Notes: generated by a model from the letters alone, not told the origin. A DNA stretch of 64,000 bases from an uncultured Poribacteria bacterium (GCA_951828385.1 OX639973.1:1728470-1792469), one strand, 5' to 3'. Counted from the stretch's first letter, positions 1 to 10,087 are shown. Translations and numbers: made by a program.

Positions 1-40
1 TGGCGGCGCGTTAAGACAAACACCACTCGGCTCTTATTGG

Positions 41-466
41 ATGCGCTGGTGGGGACGCAACAATGTCAAAGTGACAACGAATAAAGCTGGACCTGTGAAT
101 GCTTGGCAACCGTTCCCTGTGAAAGGTGGACAAGCGCAGGCGAACTACGCGCAAGGATCAGACCATTTCATATTGAAGGCAGCGATAATGACGCAGGAAA
201 AGCGCGTCACCGTTCATATATGGGATGTCACTGAGAAACAAGCGATACAGGTCGCCGAGTGGGAAATCAAAGATAATACTTACAAGTCAGGAAATATCAG
301 TTTTGACTGCTGGAAATTCGGTATTTATGGTGTTGATAACGTGGTTGTTGCCACGCCTGAACATGAGGCGGAGATATTCGCCGACAACTTTGATCCTACA
401 AGACTTGCCGTTCAACCTGAAGGAAAACTCGCAACTGTGTGGGGACACCTAAAGTTGAATGATTGA
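41..466 (+). CDS. Hypothetical protein, possibly N-terminally truncated by the window edge. It ends with the C-terminal motif PEGKLATVWGHLK.
   Basis: ORF track. The frame stays open upstream from position 2 with no stop, so the true start may lie outside the window. The C-terminal GKL(A/T)TxW motif is shared with the proteins at 5864..6661 and 32576..33409. Confidence 0.45.
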   Translation: MRWWGRNNVKVTTNKAGPVNAWQPFPVKGGQAQANYAQGSDHFILKAAIMTQEKRVTVHIWDVTEKQAIQVAEWEIKDNTYKSGNISFDCWKFGIYGVDNVVVATPEHEAEIFADNFDPTRLAVQPEGKLATVWGHLKLND

Positions 467-486
467 TAAACAGAAAGGAATTTAGC

Positions 487-1467
487 ATGACAAAATGTGC
501 ACTTATCAGCGGTAGAGGTATGGGGATGATGCACGGCGGAAACTTTCACGCCCATCCCGATGCAGAAGTGGTAGCTGTCTGTGATATGGACCCAGAACTC
601 CTCGCAAAAGCAAAAGAACATTTTGGGGTACCGGGGTATACGACAATTGAGGAACTCTTAGCGAATTGTGACCCGGATCTTGTGCTTCTCATTGTGAATG
701 AGACCCGACGTATCCCACCGCTGCACCAGCTGCTCGAAGCCGGACAGAATGTATTCACCGAGAAACCGCTCTGTGGGTTAGAGGGACAGGCGCGAGTACG
801 TGAGGAAGACCTCGGAATTGCGGCACCTGCTATCGGAACATGGCGTGATTCTAACCTCAAATTCGGCATCGATTTCAACTATCGGTTTATGCACCATTTC
901 CGTAAACTTCATGACGATGTGGCTGAGGGACGGCTGGGTGAAATTCGGATGGTACACGCGCGGGCACATTTCAACTGTTGGTCCCATATTATCGACCAAA
1001 TTCTCTGGACGGTGGGGAGGCCGGAGTGGGTGAGTGTTGTCGGTGATCCGAGCGAATCGGGTGGATGGGGACGCTTAATTCATATCGGTTGGGAAAATGG
1101 CGTTATCGGCACTCTCAGCGGTACGAACCTATGGGGCTACGATGATCATCCACTCCGGGTCAAGGTGCTTGGCGATGAATTTTACGCCGAGGCAAAAGGC
1201 CTGGAAGGCGTTTATTCCCGCAGAAAAGCGAATAACTCTGAAATAGAAGAAGTCTGGGAAGCAGAGGAAGGCAACCCGGAAATGCCGGAGTCTTTCAAGC
1301 GGATGGCTGATGGTGTGATCAAAGCGATGCATGCCGATACAGCCTTCCCCGCAGATGGTGAAGCCGCATGGAATGAACTGCTGTTTGAAGCAGCCGTGCA
1401 TAGATCGGCTTTGCAGAATAATGCCCGTGTATTTCTCGCTGATGTCGAAGAAGATGCGTTTGCCTAA
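487..1467 (+). CDS. Gfo/Idh/MocA family NAD(P)-dependent oxidoreductase
   Basis: N-terminal Rossmann-type segment CALISGRGMGMMHGGNF followed by AEVVAVCDMDPELLAKAKEHFG and the TEKPL motif typical of the family. The ATG at 487 has an AAAGGA SD 9 nt upstream, and the alternative ATG at 463 overlaps the upstream stop. Confidence 0.7.
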   Translation: MTKCALISGRGMGMMHGGNFHAHPDAEVVAVCDMDPELLAKAKEHFGVPGYTTIEELLANCDPDLVLLIVNETRRIPPLHQLLEAGQNVFTEKPLCGLEGQARVREEDLGIAAPAIGTWRDSNLKFGIDFNYRFMHHFRKLHDDVAEGRLGEIRMVHARAHFNCWSHIIDQILWTVGRPEWVSVVGDPSESGGWGRLIHIGWENGVIGTLSGTNLWGYDDHPLRVKVLGDEFYAEAKGLEGVYSRRKANNSEIEEVWEAEEGNPEMPESFKRMADGVIKAMHADTAFPADGEAAWNELLFEAAVHRSALQNNARVFLADVEEDAFA

Positions 1468-1476
1468 AGTTGGTTG

Positions 1477-1502
1477 TAGGCGCGCTTTCAAAGCGCGCCT
1501 AT
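1477..1502. terminator. Bidirectional hairpin terminator between convergent genes
   Basis: Perfect 12-bp stem taggcgcgcttt / aaagcgcgccta with a 2-nt loop, located between the stop of 487..1467 (+) and the stop of 1506..2558 (-). Confidence 0.5.
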
Positions 1503-1505
1503 AGT

Positions 1506-2558
1506 TTAAACAGTCCCTCCTTTGACAGCGATCTTAATCGCATCCTTTCCATCTAAGTGATAACTACCGTGGAGTGCGTCAAAACCTTTAGGCACATCCT
1601 CTAACGGGAGAATATGGCTCACAAACCCGTCGAAGAGGGAGGCGTGTTTCTCTAACATCGGGATGGCACGTAGGAAATGCTTCCTTTCAAAACCCCATCC
1701 GGCTTCCAACCGCAGATTTTTACGCATGAGCATCTGGTTCGGATTGCAGTCAAAGCTGCCGACATCCACGAAATGCCCATACACAACATAAGTACCGCCG
1801 TATCTGATGTAATCCAAGCCTTCAGGAATAGCGGCAAGGAAGCCTGTGCATTCGTAGACGACATCTGCGCCTTCGCCTTGTGACGTATTTTCTCGGACAA
1901 TCCGCTTGCGTTCTTCAGGATCCGGCACTTCGGCGATGTCTATAATGAGGTCTGCCCCCAACCTTTTCGCCATCTCAAGCCTGCCTGGAGGCCCACCGAC
2001 GACGATAAGCCTCCCTGCTCCAGAGACTCTTGCCCAATTAAGCGCGAGCAGTCCAATCGGACCGGTTCCCTGAATCACAACCGTATCCCCGAATTCAATT
2101 TTTCCGCGTGATATACAGTGTGCGGCACACGAAGCCGGTTCCGCAAGCACCGCAATCTCAGGCGGCAGATCGGTTTTAAGAAACATATTTGTTGACGGGT
2201 TTGATAGGTAAATGTACTCACTGAAGCCGCCGCGCAGATACGGCGCTTCTTCCGATGGAGAAAAGCCGAGACCACCGCTCGGCGAGAGCGCAACCCTGTC
2301 ACCTACTTTGACCGGATTCCCAAGGTAGTCCGTTTCGACACCCTCGCCTAAAGTATCAATCACGCCAACGTTTTCGTGTCCGAGAATAATATCGTGATGG
2401 ATACGCTGAAATTCCCAGTTGTGGAGGTCGGTACCACAAATACCCCCCAATTCCTGACGCACGAGTACTGTGCCGGGTTCAGGGTCAACGATCGGATACT
2501 CTCGGATTTCAAAACTTTTGCCACTCATCACAGTGGCGCGTGCGGTTCTGGTTCCCAT
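1506..2558 (-). CDS. Zinc-dependent alcohol/threonine dehydrogenase-like MDR oxidoreductase
   Basis: GHENVGVI and GICGTDLH motifs (catalytic Zn ligands of MDR ADHs) and a Rossmann segment VVIQGTGPIGL. Confidence 0.8.
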   Translation of the reverse strand: MGTRTARATVMSGKSFEIREYPIVDPEPGTVLVRQELGGICGTDLHNWEFQRIHHDIILGHENVGVIDTLGEGVETDYLGNPVKVGDRVALSPSGGLGFSPSEEAPYLRGGFSEYIYLSNPSTNMFLKTDLPPEIAVLAEPASCAAHCISRGKIEFGDTVVIQGTGPIGLLALNWARVSGAGRLIVVGGPPGRLEMAKRLGADLIIDIAEVPDPEERKRIVRENTSQGEGADVVYECTGFLAAIPEGLDYIRYGGTYVVYGHFVDVGSFDCNPNQMLMRKNLRLEAGWGFERKHFLRAIPMLEKHASLFDGFVSHILPLEDVPKGFDALHGSYHLDGKDAIKIAVKGGTV

Positions 2559-2610
2559 TGTAAACTCCTTTCCTGCTGTGGAAGCAAACTGTTGTCTCTA
2601 ATCCGTATGT

Positions 2611-3606
2611 TTATTCAGATCCAACTTTAACAATTATCTTCCCAAATTTTTCGCCTGTGAAAAGCGCGATAAAAGCCTTTGGCGCGTTCTCTAAACCTTC
2701 TATGATTGTCTCTTCCCACTGTATTTTGCCTTCACCTATCCATTCGCGCATATCACGGTAAAATTCAGCGTTCCGTTCCATGAAATCAGTAACGATGAAC
2801 CCTTGTAATTTAATGCGTTTACCGATCGCTGCACTGAGGTTCGTCGGACCCGGCGTAGGTTCAATATCATTATATTGGGCGATCATACCACACAGAGGGA
2901 TACGTCCGTGCATATTCATCACTGCAAGCGCAGCTTGGAGATGTCTACCGCCGACGTTCTCAAAATAGATGTCGAGTCCATCTGGACAATGTTTTCTGAG
3001 TTCGGCCTCCAAGTCGTCGACATTTTTATAGTTAAATGCTGCGTCAACACCTGCTGTTTCAAGTAGCCACGCGACTTTCTGATCAGAACCCGCACTCGCC
3101 ACGACGCGGCACCCTTTGATTTTGGCGATCTGACACACAATTGAACCGACAGCACCCGCCGCTGCGGACACGAAAACCGTTTCGCCAGCTTTCGGTTGAC
3201 CGATCTCCAGAAATCCGAAGTAGGCGGTGCGTCCGGGCATACCGACCGCCCCTAAAAACGACTGGAGTGGTGCGATTGTTGTATCAACAGCAGTTACACT
3301 CTCTGCTGATGCGATGTAATGGTCCCGCCACCCCAGCGGACCCGTCACATGGTCTCCAACTTTAAACTGATCGCTATTTGATTGCACAATCTGTCCGGCA
3401 CATCCGCCTTCAAGGGGTTGACCGGATTGAGCGGACCGCATGCCACCGCGCATGTAGGGGTCTACTGACGTATAAAGGTTTTGGACGAGTACCTCTCCTG
3501 ACGCAGGTTCAGGAAGGGGTACCTCTACAAGCGCAAAGTCGCTTTCCTTAGGCATACCCACAATGCGATTTTTAAGACGAATTTGCCGGCTTACAAGATT
3601 CGACAT
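2611..3606 (-). CDS. NADPH-dependent MDR oxidoreductase (CurA/YncB-like, leukotriene B4 dehydrogenase/prostaglandin reductase family)
   Basis: N-terminal IRLKNRIVGMPKESDF...EVLVQNLYTSVDPYMRG is characteristic of the YncB/CurA subfamily. Nucleotide-binding AAGAVGSIVCQIAKIKG. Confidence 0.75.
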   Translation of the reverse strand: MSNLVSRQIRLKNRIVGMPKESDFALVEVPLPEPASGEVLVQNLYTSVDPYMRGGMRSAQSGQPLEGGCAGQIVQSNSDQFKVGDHVTGPLGWRDHYIASAESVTAVDTTIAPLQSFLGAVGMPGRTAYFGFLEIGQPKAGETVFVSAAAGAVGSIVCQIAKIKGCRVVASAGSDQKVAWLLETAGVDAAFNYKNVDDLEAELRKHCPDGLDIYFENVGGRHLQAALAVMNMHGRIPLCGMIAQYNDIEPTPGPTNLSAAIGKRIKLQGFIVTDFMERNAEFYRDMREWIGEGKIQWEETIIEGLENAPKAFIALFTGEKFGKIIVKVGSE

Positions 3607-3849
3607 CTGTTTCTCCTATTGCTTGGTGGTCTAATCTTATTTGATAAGGTATGGACGTTATCATATCATATATGAGAAAAAAGTCAAGATTAGAAGCATT
3701 CGGCTGCAGAACCATTCAGTTCTCCTAATTGGCAGATCCAACACCTACGCCCGCATGACCGATTTTGTTTGTCAAAATTCATTAAGTGCGGTAAAATAAA
3801 GGATAAACCTGTACGCGGAACAATCTATCTTTGACTTTAGGAGGAAAGA

Positions 3850-4011
3850 ATGAACGATCTCGCTTGCGAGTTCCTTAGAACCGATTTTGGGCATGAAGTA
3901 TATGATGGATGGTACCTTGAACATGCCAGCTATAATTTCGAGTCCCCGGAATTTGTTAAAAAACACTTCCGTTTCTATGAAGAGGTGCTACAGCTATCTA
4001 AAAGTCAGTGA
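3850..4011 (+). CDS. Small hypothetical protein (53 aa, MNDLACEFLRTDFGHEVYDGWYLEH...)
   Basis: Below the ORF-track cutoff. The ATG is preceded by a strong AGGAGG SD at 5 nt spacing inside an otherwise ORF-free 870-bp gap. No homolog recognised. Confidence 0.3.
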   Translation: MNDLACEFLRTDFGHEVYDGWYLEHASYNFESPEFVKKHFRFYEEVLQLSKSQ

Positions 4012-4484
4012 CCCCCAGCTAAAGCATGGGGCTTGTTCAATACGGCAGCCAAGCCTATCGGTTGAACGGGGGTAACTCGCTGTCTACAGTAATATATCGC
4101 AGTATCTCGGTATGGCAGCCGAAACAACGGTTATTAAACGATAGCCCGAACTGGTAGTAGGTCTATCTAAGGATGCTCCCAAAGTCTTAACCTCACTTGG
4201 ATACTGTGATCTGGAAGGGGCAACATATACCCGCTTTTGCGGAGAGCCGAAAGGTCATTACCTGTTTTTTCAAAGACACCGGGTCAGGTCGGATCGGGGA
4301 TGGTGACAGCACTTCCGAAAAGAAGCAGCCCACTCGGAGAAAATCGCCCACGAGTTTGTGGCGAAAAAACAACTCGCACCCCACTTCGGGGAATCTAAAA
4401 CTAAAATAAAGGATCGGTGTTTCCTCCCCTGCCTAAAGTGTTTTTGCTTGGGCGTTTCTTCTAGGGGTTTCCACACCGAAGAAT

Positions 4485-5327
4485 TTGATGAAAGTCGAAA
4501 AACCAAAAGAGAAATACGATCAATTAATTGCTGACGGTTATTGTGTCGTTGAAGATGTTTTAAAGCAAAAGATGCTTGAACGGCTTCGGTTGGTAACTGA
4601 CCAACTGCTCGATGCCCAGACAGAAGATGAGCGTGCCGCCCAGCGTTCCTCTGGTAGCATGATCAGCGTGTATATGCATCCGCTGTTCGCGGAACTGGTC
4701 GTTTATCCGCGGGCATTGCAGGCTCTTGACGCTTTGGGCTTCCTGAGACCGAAATGGTCGTCGGGATATGTCATCAGCAAACCGCCCCAGAGTCCACCCC
4801 TATTTTGGCATCAGGACTGGTGGGGTTGGAACGATCCCTGCAGCTACACGGCACTGCCGCAACAGTTGTTCCTCATGTATTATTTGGTTGACACAACGCC
4901 GTCCAACGGGTGCCTCCGTGTGATTAGAGGTTCGCATCTGAATCGACATCCGCTCCATGATATATTGCCAAGTGCCCACGGTGAAGCACTCCAACGCGTC
5001 GATGATGCTGACCATCCCGCATATCAACACTTTCAGGGTGAAGTTGATATACCCGTGAAAGCCGGAGACTTGGTTATCGGCGATTCTCGTTTGTTACACG
5101 CTTCACACGGCAATCAATCAGATGAACGCCGAACCGTGATTACGCTCTGGTATCATCCATTTTTTGCGCTGCTACCAGCCGAAATGCAAGCACATATCGG
5201 TAGACTCCGACAGAGTCTTGCTTGGTCGGATGCCGATTGGGCACGAATTGCCGAACTCGCACCGGTCTGTGAAGGCGACGTTGAACCGCTAAAGTGGAAT
5301 CGGAATCCGGGCCCTGAACTGAAGTAG
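4485..5327 (+). CDS. Phytanoyl-CoA dioxygenase (PhyH) family Fe(II)/2-oxoglutarate oxygenase
   Basis: Canonical PhyH motifs: WHQDWWGW (HxD), VIRGSHL, and LLHASHGNQS (distal His with Arg/Ser 2OG-binding segment). Confidence 0.65.
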   Translation: MMKVEKPKEKYDQLIADGYCVVEDVLKQKMLERLRLVTDQLLDAQTEDERAAQRSSGSMISVYMHPLFAELVVYPRALQALDALGFLRPKWSSGYVISKPPQSPPLFWHQDWWGWNDPCSYTALPQQLFLMYYLVDTTPSNGCLRVIRGSHLNRHPLHDILPSAHGEALQRVDDADHPAYQHFQGEVDIPVKAGDLVIGDSRLLHASHGNQSDERRTVITLWYHPFFALLPAEMQAHIGRLRQSLAWSDADWARIAELAPVCEGDVEPLKWNRNPGPELK

Positions 5328-5452
5328 CGAAGCTCCAGCATAAACGATTTGATTTGAAAAAAACGGTATTTCATGGTATACTACACAGGACCGAGACCGA
5401 AAGTTTATATTGAGACGACAGTTGTGAGTTATCTGGTGGCGAGGAGTTTCAC

Positions 5453-5650
5453 ATGAAAGAGGTACCTGAGGACTACACTGATCCTATCCTTGAAGAATGC
5501 CTGCGGATGAAGGCGGAGTTCAACGCCCAATTTAACTCTATGGAGGAACTCTCCGCGTACTTGAAATTGGAAAATGAAAAGTTCAAAAAACAGGGATGGA
5601 AATACGTCTCATACTATAAGCCACCAGAACAATCTGGAAAGGATACCTAA
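5453..5650 (+). CDS. Small hypothetical protein (65 aa)
   Basis: GAGGAG SD 7 nt upstream of the ATG. No recognisable domain. Confidence 0.35.
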   Translation: MKEVPEDYTDPILEECLRMKAEFNAQFNSMEELSAYLKLENEKFKKQGWKYVSYYKPPEQSGKDT

Positions 5651-5668
5651 GCTAAAGGAGAGATTCCA

Positions 5669-5760
5669 TGCCACAACCTTCGGTTTTTCATGCCCACATG
5701 TTTGGTGAATAGGAACGAAAAACCTCGGGTAGCGACGGGTATTTCGTTTTCCCGAGCTTG
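5669..5760 (+). pseudogene. Remnant N-terminal fragment of a third PhyH-like paralog (MPQPSVFHAHMFGE*ERKTSGSDGYFVFP)
   Basis: Its translation parallels the N-termini of 6767..7555 and 7568..8326 (MPQNPIFHDYTFGAQERKQLDHDGHFVLPG) but has an in-frame stop after 14 codons. The remainder of the gene is absent. Confidence 0.5.
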
Positions 5761-5863
5761 TTTACGCTAACTGCTCAGGGAAAACTAACAAACTCATTTG
5801 AGGAATAACCAGTGGATCACTCGCTGGCTTTCGCTTTGAGAATAATGAAGGAGGTAAGAAAAG

Positions 5864-6661
5864 ATGAAAACTACAGTTACAAGGTTAAAACTATTATGTG
5901 TCAGTTTAATGGTTATGAGCCTGATGTTTGTAGGTATCAGCTCTGCTAAAATTGACTTCGGAGATTGCGTCGGCATGTGGCTCTTTGATGAGGGGAATGG
6001 TAACAAAGCCAAAGACTCCTCTGGAACAGGCAATGACGGCACAATTGAAGGTGGTGCAAAATGGGTGAATGGCAAATTCGGCAAGGGTTTGAGTCTTGAC
6101 GGTTCAGATGATTACGTCGAAATTGCGCACGATGATTCTTTAAACGTTGGCGGCGAACACACGATCGCCCTTTGGTTTAAATTAGATAAGCCTCCTGCCG
6201 GTGGGATGGGGGTTGTGACCAAAGATGATTGGGCACCTGGATTTTGGTGGGATGGCGGTGTAATTCGACATCACACGCATGACCCACCTGCCACGCTTCA
6301 CTATATAGATGCACCTTGGAGTCCGGATACGGATTGGCATCATGTTGCCGCTATTTGGGATGGCGAAGAGTTTAGAATATATCTCGACGCTGACGAGATT
6401 GGTGCTGGTGTAACTGGACCCAACTTAGGAAGGAATCCATTAACCGATAAACCCCTTTTGATAGGTATCTATCTCGCCACTGGACAACACGGTCAGTGGG
6501 GTGCGTTTCTCGGTGCAATCATTGACGATGTTGCTATCTTCAGTGTGGCGTTGGACGATGGTGATATTGAAACTCTCATGAATGATGGACTAAAAACAGC
6601 AGCTGATATTGAGCCTGCGGGTAAGCTCACAACGACCTGGGCTGCCATTAAAGCCGATTAA
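5864..6661 (+). CDS. Secreted LamG-like (concanavalin A-like lectin/glucanase, LamG_3) domain protein with C-terminal AGKLTTTWAAIK motif
   Basis: Signal peptide LLCVSLMVMSLMFVGISSA. The stretch GMWLFDEGNGNKAKDSSGTGNDGTIEGGAKWVNGKFGKGLSLDGSDDYVEI is the hallmark of LamG_3 domains. Confidence 0.7.
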   Translation: MKTTVTRLKLLCVSLMVMSLMFVGISSAKIDFGDCVGMWLFDEGNGNKAKDSSGTGNDGTIEGGAKWVNGKFGKGLSLDGSDDYVEIAHDDSLNVGGEHTIALWFKLDKPPAGGMGVVTKDDWAPGFWWDGGVIRHHTHDPPATLHYIDAPWSPDTDWHHVAAIWDGEEFRIYLDADEIGAGVTGPNLGRNPLTDKPLLIGIYLATGQHGQWGAFLGAIIDDVAIFSVALDDGDIETLMNDGLKTAADIEPAGKLTTTWAAIKAD

Positions 6662-6766
6662 CCTACTCCGAAACCCAAAGATTGCGTTGGTTGGCAAGAC
6701 CGAGTGCGGTTCAATACTGCGCCCCCTCGGTCTTGTCAAAAGTATCACTAAATCGGAGGCTTTTTT

Positions 6767-7555
6767 ATGTCGCAAAACCCCCTGAACGCCTGTCTTGGCA
6801 GGCGAGATTCACTGCTTCATGCCTACACGTTTGGTGAACAGGAACGGGAAAAGTTAGATCGGGATGGACATTTTGTTTTGCCGGGCGTGCTTACACCCGA
6901 TGCACAGGAAAACCTGACCCGCTCGCTGTCGCATATTCATGAACTCTCACGCACACCGACAGAAGGGCATGAGCCGAACCGGTTTTCTGCAGAATACGAC
7001 AGTTATCTCGAAAGTCTGATCGCACATCCACAGATGCTTGAACTCGCACGAAAGGTGTTGGGTGATAATATCCGATACGATCATTGTGTCAGTCTCAACA
7101 GACCGGGTGGCAACGGCGGCATTGGGTGGCATAGCCACGGATACTCCGATGACGATCCGAGTTTAGGTTTTGTCCGTATCTTCTTCTATGTCAACGGTTT
7201 TGAACCGGACGATGGCGGTTTAAAGGCTGTCCCCGGAAGTCATCTTTATCGGGATGCAAAAATCCATGGACGCACAGATGACGCGCTACGAGAAGGATGG
7301 TTGGCCGGAAAAACGCACCCTGAGACAAACCAACCCTTAGAGATTGAGGCGTTATTTGCGCCCCCGGGCACAGTCGCGCTGATGTGGACGCATGCAGCAC
7401 ATGCTGTGTCACCAAGAAAACCGGATAGCGATACGCGTTGGTGCGTCGTTTATGCCTACCGCAACCCCGGCAGACCGTCCGGTGCCCGCTGGATTACACC
7501 CGAATTTGAACAAAAACCCATTCCCGGCACAGAAGGCTTGATGTCCCTTTATTAA
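6767..7555 (+). CDS. PhyH-like 2OG/Fe(II) oxygenase family protein, tandem paralog 1
   Basis: VPGSHLY and THAAHAVSP segments match the PhyH fold, but the first metal motif reads GWHSHGY (HxH rather than HxD). About 65% identical to the adjacent gene. Confidence 0.55.
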   Translation: MSQNPLNACLGRRDSLLHAYTFGEQEREKLDRDGHFVLPGVLTPDAQENLTRSLSHIHELSRTPTEGHEPNRFSAEYDSYLESLIAHPQMLELARKVLGDNIRYDHCVSLNRPGGNGGIGWHSHGYSDDDPSLGFVRIFFYVNGFEPDDGGLKAVPGSHLYRDAKIHGRTDDALREGWLAGKTHPETNQPLEIEALFAPPGTVALMWTHAAHAVSPRKPDSDTRWCVVYAYRNPGRPSGARWITPEFEQKPIPGTEGLMSLY

Positions 7556-7567
7556 AAGGAATTTTTT

Positions 7568-8326
7568 ATGCCACAAAACCCGATTTTTCATGATTACACC
7601 TTTGGTGCTCAAGAACGAAAACAATTAGATCATGATGGTCATTTTGTGCTTCCGGGGCTCCTAACGATTAATGCTCAGGAACGATTGACAGAATCGTTGG
7701 CTCGGGTTGAATCGCTTATACCGGGGGGCAAAAAAGGGTATGAGCCGAATCGGTTTGCTGCGGAATATGATAGTTATCTCGAAAGCCTGATCCCACATCC
7801 GCAAATGCTTAAACTCGCGCGCGAAGTGCTTGGTGAAGATATTCGCTACGATCACTGTGTGAGCCTTAATCGCCCAGGCGGCAATGGTGGCATCGGTTGG
7901 CATAGCCACGCATACGCTGAAGACGATCCGCGCTACGGTTTTGTCCGTGTCTTTTTTTATGTTAATGGATTTGCGGCAGATGATGGCGGTTTGAAGGCGG
8001 TTCCCGGAAGCCATCTGTACCGCGATCCCAAAATTCAGGGTACGACTGATGAGGCACTGCGAGAAGGTTGGTTGGCTGGGAAAACCCATCCTCAAACCGG
8101 CAAACCGTTAGCAATTGAAGCGTTATCAGTACCACAAGGAACGGTCGTCCTGATGTGGACGCATGCAGCACATGCAGTAACCCCAAGAAAACAAGAGAGT
8201 GACACCAGATGGACAGTCGTTTATGGCTATTATAAACCCGGTAAAGACGCAGGTGAAAGGTGGATTACGCCAGAATTTGCGCAAAAACTGATACCCGGTG
8301 CAGAAGGATTGATGTCTCCTTATTAG
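7568..8326 (+). CDS. PhyH-like 2OG/Fe(II) oxygenase family protein, tandem paralog 2
   Basis: Same architecture as 6767..7555 (GWHSHAY, VPGSHLY, THAAHAVTP). Starts 12 bp after the upstream stop. Confidence 0.55.
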   Translation: MPQNPIFHDYTFGAQERKQLDHDGHFVLPGLLTINAQERLTESLARVESLIPGGKKGYEPNRFAAEYDSYLESLIPHPQMLKLAREVLGEDIRYDHCVSLNRPGGNGGIGWHSHAYAEDDPRYGFVRVFFYVNGFAADDGGLKAVPGSHLYRDPKIQGTTDEALREGWLAGKTHPQTGKPLAIEALSVPQGTVVLMWTHAAHAVTPRKQESDTRWTVVYGYYKPGKDAGERWITPEFAQKLIPGAEGLMSPY

Positions 8327-8331
8327 CAATT

Positions 8332-8571
8332 ATAGTGAATCCTAAAAATAAATAGACACATTCGTAGCACAAACTTCCAGTTTGTGCCAGTCTGAATGCC
8401 TGTTATAGGTATTCAGACTGTTTGAGAATGCCCAATTAATTCTAAACTTTACTATAAAATAAATAGACACATTCGTAGCACAAACTTCCAGTTTGTGTTT
8501 CCAGTCTGAATGCCTGTTATAGGTATTCAGACTGTTTGAGAATGCCCAATTAATTCTAAACTTTACTATAG
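8332..8571 (+). repeat. Two tandem copies of the ~120-bp REP-like palindromic intergenic element
   Basis: Each unit reads tatagtgaatcctaaaaataaatagaca...cgtagcacaaacttccagtttgtgc (perfect palindrome), then cagtctgaatgcctgttataggtattcagactg (second hairpin), and ends ...actttactata. The same element recurs at 10320, 12877, 19311-19880, 27165, 32438, 34085 and 45133. Confidence 0.85.
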
Positions 8572-8662
8572 CAATTGATAGTTGGTAAGAAGAGGCTTAG
8601 CTTAATCAAAAATCTTTTAACTGATAACCAACAACCAACAACTGATAACCCTTAAAACAGCC

Positions 8663-10087
8663 ATGCCACAAAACAAACCGCATATTCTATTCCTCATCAA
8701 TGACGAACACCGTCCCGATGTCCTGCCCATCGAAGGGGACACGGCTATCCGCACGCCGACACTCTCTCGGTTTATGGATGAGGGTATCTACTTCCGCAAC
8801 GCCTATACACCTTCACCGATTTGTGTCCCTGCACGCCAAAGTTTTCTTTCAGGACTCTATCCGCGTAACTGTGGAAGTCTCAACTTTGGTGATCCGATGC
8901 CAACAGAGGTCCGAACGATTCCGGGGCAGTTAGGAAACTACGGGTATTACGCATGCTGCGCCGGTAAAATGCACTTCGTCGGGACAGATGTGATGCACGG
9001 TTGGCAGGAACGGGTCGGACGCGATATCATCGGTGCGAACGGGTATCCATATCCGACTGTTAAGGATGAACACTACGCGCGGACTGAACGAGAGCCAGGG
9101 ACGGGTCCGAAGCAGAACAAGGTGATTCAGGAGGTTCGCGATGCACAACCCGGCTTGGGACAATGGATGCTTCATGACCAATACAATGTAGATGGTGCGC
9201 TGCTGTTTCTTGAGGAGTATTTCGTTAATGCCTCTTATGATCGTCCGAAGTCCAATCCGCTCTGTATGGCGGTCAGCCTTATAGCACCCCACTATCCGTA
9301 TCAGTGCCCACTTGACCTGTTTACTTACTATATGCAGCGGGTGGAACCGATTGTTGAAGAACCGAACGAGCAGTTTGGATACGACGAGTTTTTCAGAGTC
9401 AGGGTCGGTCAAGATGTGACCTATCGTCAGGCACACCGAGCGACCGCGGCGTATTACGGCATGATTGAGTGGATGGACGCACAATTCGGTCGGGTCATTG
9501 AGCAGCTGGAACACTTGAACGTTTTGGACGATTTTATCATCGTTTTCCTCTCTGACCACGGCGAGATGCTCGGCACGAAAGGCCTTTGGGAAAAACAGAG
9601 TTACTTTGAGGCTTCGGCACGCGTACCACTTTCTATCTGGTATCCGAAGCGATTTGGACGCGAACCGAAGGTCGTTGAGCAGAATGTATCGTTAGTTGAC
9701 CTATTTCCGACTATATGCGAGTTAGCAGAGATTCCAGCACCTGACGAACTTGATGGAAGCTCTCTCGTGCCACTTATTGAAGGAGATACGGCGAATTGGC
9801 ATGATACCGTTTACAGCGAACTGTGGCGCGCCCAAAACGGACCCTCTGTGATGGTCAAAGAGGGCAGTTTAAAGTATTTCCGATTTAACAACAATAAGGG
9901 ATGGCCCGAGCAACTCTTTGATCTCTCCAAAGACCCCGATGAACGAAACAACCTGATTGATGTCCCTGCTTATGCCGATGCCCTCTCAAAGCTGCGTGCT
10001 AAAGCCGATGCCTTACCTGAACCACGCCGTAAAAATGAAAATAACAGGTTCATCGACCCGCATCGCCCGATAGCCACCCCGCATTAA
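8663..10087 (+). CDS. Sulfatase (arylsulfatase family, formylglycine-dependent)
   Basis: Sulfatase signature SPICVPARQSFLSG (C-x-P-x-R) near the N-terminus, and alkaline-phosphatase-superfamily metal ligands (LINDEHRPD, FLSDHGEMLG). Confidence 0.85.
   Translation: MPQNKPHILFLINDEHRPDVLPIEGDTAIRTPTLSRFMDEGIYFRNAYTPSPICVPARQSFLSGLYPRNCGSLNFGDPMPTEVRTIPGQLGNYGYYACCAGKMHFVGTDVMHGWQERVGRDIIGANGYPYPTVKDEHYARTEREPGTGPKQNKVIQEVRDAQPGLGQWMLHDQYNVDGALLFLEEYFVNASYDRPKSNPLCMAVSLIAPHYPYQCPLDLFTYYMQRVEPIVEEPNEQFGYDEFFRVRVGQDVTYRQAHRATAAYYGMIEWMDAQFGRVIEQLEHLNVLDDFIIVFLSDHGEMLGTKGLWEKQSYFEASARVPLSIWYPKRFGREPKVVEQNVSLVDLFPTICELAEIPAPDELDGSSLVPLIEGDTANWHDTVYSELWRAQNGPSVMVKEGSLKYFRFNNNKGWPEQLFDLSKDPDERNNLIDVPAYADALSKLRAKADALPEPRRKNENNRFIDPHRPIATPH

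Noticed and set aside
4265-4330. SRP/4.5S RNA-like segment (gggtcaggtcgg...gaaaagaagcagcc)
   Set aside because: It only partially resembles the conserved domain IV core (GGUCAGGUCCGGAAGGAAGCAGCC), with a ~20-nt insertion and no convincing helix 8 pairing. It is probably chance similarity.
8126-8329. Small ORFs overlapping REP elements (also 27176..27391, 32395..32601 and 44939..45199)
   Set aside because: Their sequences are dominated by the palindromic repeat, and they are spurious translations of REP DNA.
8930-9559. 209-aa minus-strand ORF inside the sulfatase gene
   Set aside because: It is antisense to a gene with a canonical sulfatase signature and has no independent support.
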